Positions 61,152 through 64,000 of a stretch of 64,000 nt of DNA are shown here, one piece after another. The translations under genes and the position numbers were made by a program. Under the pieces are notes generated by a model that was given only the letters and a program-made list of their open reading frames with translations, ran no database searches and was not told the origin of the DNA. How positions within the stretch are numbered: position 1 is the stretch's first letter; each line of letters starts with the position of its first letter. Origin of the DNA: Anthoceros angustus (taxonomy: Eukaryota > Plantae > Anthocerotophyta); contig MU008168.1 of NCBI GenBank assembly GCA_010909165.1, forward strand, positions 186,001-250,000, written 5' to 3'.

Positions 61152-64000
61152 CTAAGTGGAACCACCGAGCCGAACAATTTTTTCGCTAATACAAACTTCT
61201 TTAGCCTGACCAGGCCGCCTCCGTGGGCCTCGAATGTGAGCTCCTCTTTCCACCGCAAAACCTCGAAACCATGTATGCGTTGTGGGATATAACCAGACAA
61301 TGGAGGTCACCTCTATTGCAATAGAATTGCCCGAAAGCAATGCCTGTTGTTGTCCCACTTCGCAACCATCCGTAATCCAATCTCCTTCTTTCGAGAATGT
61401 TTTGATGAATTTCATCATCAACCCGAGAGGTCTTTGGTAGGCACACCACCATTTTGTCTTGAGACATGTACACCGCTTCTTCACCACGATCATGTGCAAT
61501 CACGGATCGTCCATTGTTAAAAGTCCTCACAGTAATATTGGGCGTCATAGCCGCCTTGCCTTCCTTCACACACCAAGCAACATGTACTCCAGTCTCAAAT
61601 CCACCGTCATTACTCATGTTTGTTTTGTCCCAAACGAAGGACACCATTCCACCCTTGCCACATAATCCACGCATGCACTCTCTCACAAGGTGAGCTTCTT
61701 CCACTCCGTGCATGACAATGAGCCTGAATTCTTCCGCCGTCGTCTTCTCCGGAAGCTTTGGAAAATCGTGTTCATCATGCCCGCATCCAACCGACTATCC
61801 ATAGGACCAATGTCAAAGCCTCTTGGGACATCCATAACCGAAGGGTATAAGCCCATCAAGGAATCCCGCATCTCCATAATGTTTCTTTTTCCACTTGATA
61901 GTAACACTCTTTCTCGCACCGAACAGGAACAAGTGCACCTTTCAAATCCTTGTCACGATTGCACGCGCTCATCCTCAAGACTCTTCCAGTTGTTAATCTC
62001 AAATATGAAGTTCTTGAAATCCTCCGACTTTTGCAAATTCTCCACATCCTTTATTGTCAACGCCGTGGAAAGAAAAACGTTAGAGCAGGACACCACATTC
62101 CTATTGTATTCAAACAAGGTCGATGATGAAGGAGGGTGTGAAAGACGCCACCGACCGCGCCTTCACACCCTCCATCGACAAATTTGGTTTGCGGTGCCCG
62201 CACGCCGGCGCCGCCGCCGCCCGCCGTAGGTAGAGCAGACATATGGCGCCGGCGCCGTGACATGTGCAGTTCACAAGATTCAGAGGGGGGAGGCGCGCCG
62301 GCCGGCGCCTCCCCACTATCGTGCCATTCTCGACAGAGCGGGACGCCGCCACGGCCTCAATGCAAACGAAAACCAAAGCGACTCATTGTCGTGGTGACGG
62401 ATCTCACCTTCCCAAAGAAAAGCCGTTTGAAACCGAGCAATCATGTCGTCCGTTGAGTGTAGGGATATTCCTTCCTCACTTCCTCGAAGATGAGCACTCG
62501 GATGTTTAGCCATGGCCACTTGAATAACATGCGGTTTCTTTCTTGAAGTAATTTCGTCCTCCATTCCTTTGAGATCGAGGATGCACAAGACCTTCCGCCG
62601 TGACAAGAATCACGCCCACATTCACCCATCGTATACCGGAATGATTTCCGGGTTTGAGCATGTCTTTCGGCTTGAAATACACCGTTTCCACGTGTTTGGG
62701 ATCATCTGTGACTTTCCTTTTCCCTTCCCTTTCTTGCCGCGCAGTATGTGCTTCTTCCGCCCGTAACTACCGCTTCCCACTTTGAAAAGATCTTATCAAT
62801 ATTATCCCATACCTTGCCCTCGCTCATGATGCATGTATGTGTGTCATGTTGTCCACTTTGTTCTGCTTGTACACGTCATCTTCGCGGCCTTCATCATCTT
62901 CAATTAATCCAAGAACCTTATAAAGATTGAACTTCCATGACATGGTCATCTGCACTCCATCCCGACGCGCAATAAGAAGCTCATCTCGTAAATATCTTAC
63001 ATTCAATAAAAGACATTTTCTTCCGCTTGTCGACATTGTGTTATGGTCGGTTGCAAGAACTCTCATCTCGTGCACCGTAAGCCCACAGATACATGCGCTT
63101 CAACATATTGAAAACGGACTTCCGAGCAATATCGCCAAGTGCTTCATAGCAAGATATGTGGTTCCCCAAGTACACCCATAATATATTTCTTGGCCCGAAT
63201 TTCGCCATCAACTTGCTAATATCGTTGCACTCCCGGGTCAATCATGCATGGCGTAACCCTTCTTCAATCCTTCCTTGAATAACTCGGGCTAGGTAGTTTG
63301 ACCATGCCTCGTCCACCTCCCGATTTGGGCATCCGGTGTAATAAAAGATCTTTCAAATTCTCAAGCTTTACGACTGCCTCCGAACAACTTTCTTGGCATA
63401 GGCGAGTCCACGATTATTGTCAATGGGTCGATTCGGATAGCATCTTCAAGTCTTTCCTCATCTCGCACATGGATGCTATGTTCTCTGGTGGGCTTCACTC
63501 ACGGTTTCCTTCCCGGATTTCTTCTTTCTCTTCCCCTGTGGAGCCTCGCTATGTGAGCGATGGTATGCCCTGCGGCCCACCATGCCTTGCTCTCCCACTC
63601 GAGTCCCTGTCCATACTCTCGGATCGGCGGACACGGAGGTGCCTCAATAGAACCGCGCCGCCCACCGCTCACCGTCTCTTCCGCAACAAGTGCAACCAGA
63701 TCGGCCGGCCGGCGCCCAACCCTTCGCAGTGCCTTGGGAACCCGAAACCGGTTGGGGTCCGTGTAACCAGTCTCAAAGACTTATCAGGAGGGGGCCGGCC
63801 GGCGCCTCACCTCCGCGATACCACTGGGTACCTCCATGGAGGAGCCGGAAAAGGAATGTCCAAGAACATCCTTCCATCCTCGCCTCCCGAAAGTCGCCAT
63901 CGTCGGAGTGGCCAAGGACGTCGGGTATACACCCATCCTCCTCATCAGATGGGCCGAGCTCACTAGCTGCACTGCGCTCGGCTTCGGTGAGCCCGTCATG
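61152..64000 (-). pseudogene. ParB/Srx-like domain + beta-class DNA N4C/N6A methyltransferase, copy 2 (all MTase motifs present; frameshifted; continues beyond the window)
   Basis: ParB-like KKYIMG..GNH.YLAMKHL...HEMRVLATDHN at ~63170-63050. MDVPRGF with DVPR at 61832-61821. FVWDKTN at 61632-61618. YQRPLGLMMKFIKTFSKEGDWITDG from 61439, then SGTTTGIA in a shifted frame, then GNSIAIE back in frame. This is the beta-class motif order IV...X-I-II. Confidence 0.85.

Noticed and set aside
5325-64000. The two MTase copies as inverted termini of one ~60-kb element
   Set aside because: They are too diverged, and conserved host genes lie between them.
61152-64000. Bacterial restriction-modification locus or contaminant contig
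   Set aside because: No cognate endonuclease or operon structure; long low-complexity linkers, two diverged copies and plant retroelement neighbours indicate a nuclear, eukaryotised gene. Read linkage should still be confirmed.

Overview
Eukaryotic nuclear DNA from a non-seed land plant. Short (~80-160 bp) GT-AG introns, GC-rich CDS and a PLS-type PPR fragment fit a hornwort or Selaginella-type lycophyte; this taxon call is inference. Three zones: (1) 1-21.4 kb is repeat/TE-rich, with stacked tandem arrays, a truncated ParB-like/beta-class DNA amino-methyltransferase gene, a Sola2-like DDD transposase, a convergent RING-finger gene and a Ty3/gypsy gag-protease remnant. (2) 21.7-48.8 kb is a host gene island: VPS20, a NOC2-like pseudogene, a very long DUF688-like gene, an mTERF4-like gene, two F-box/kelch copies, and SAMDC with its tiny and small uORFs. 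(3) 48.9-64 kb holds a MITE, a trihelix/Myb-like ORF, a REL-retrotransposon tail, a 3.6-kb palindrome carrying two head-to-head F-box genes, a copia gag remnant and a second, more complete ParB-MTase copy that runs off the window. The best candidate for a novel system is this dispersed, prokaryote-type ParB + N4C/N6A methyltransferase family, whose catalytic motif reads DVPR in both copies. All protein calls come from recognising motifs by eye; no searches were run. Many frameshifts in the repetitive parts look like uncorrected long-read indels.
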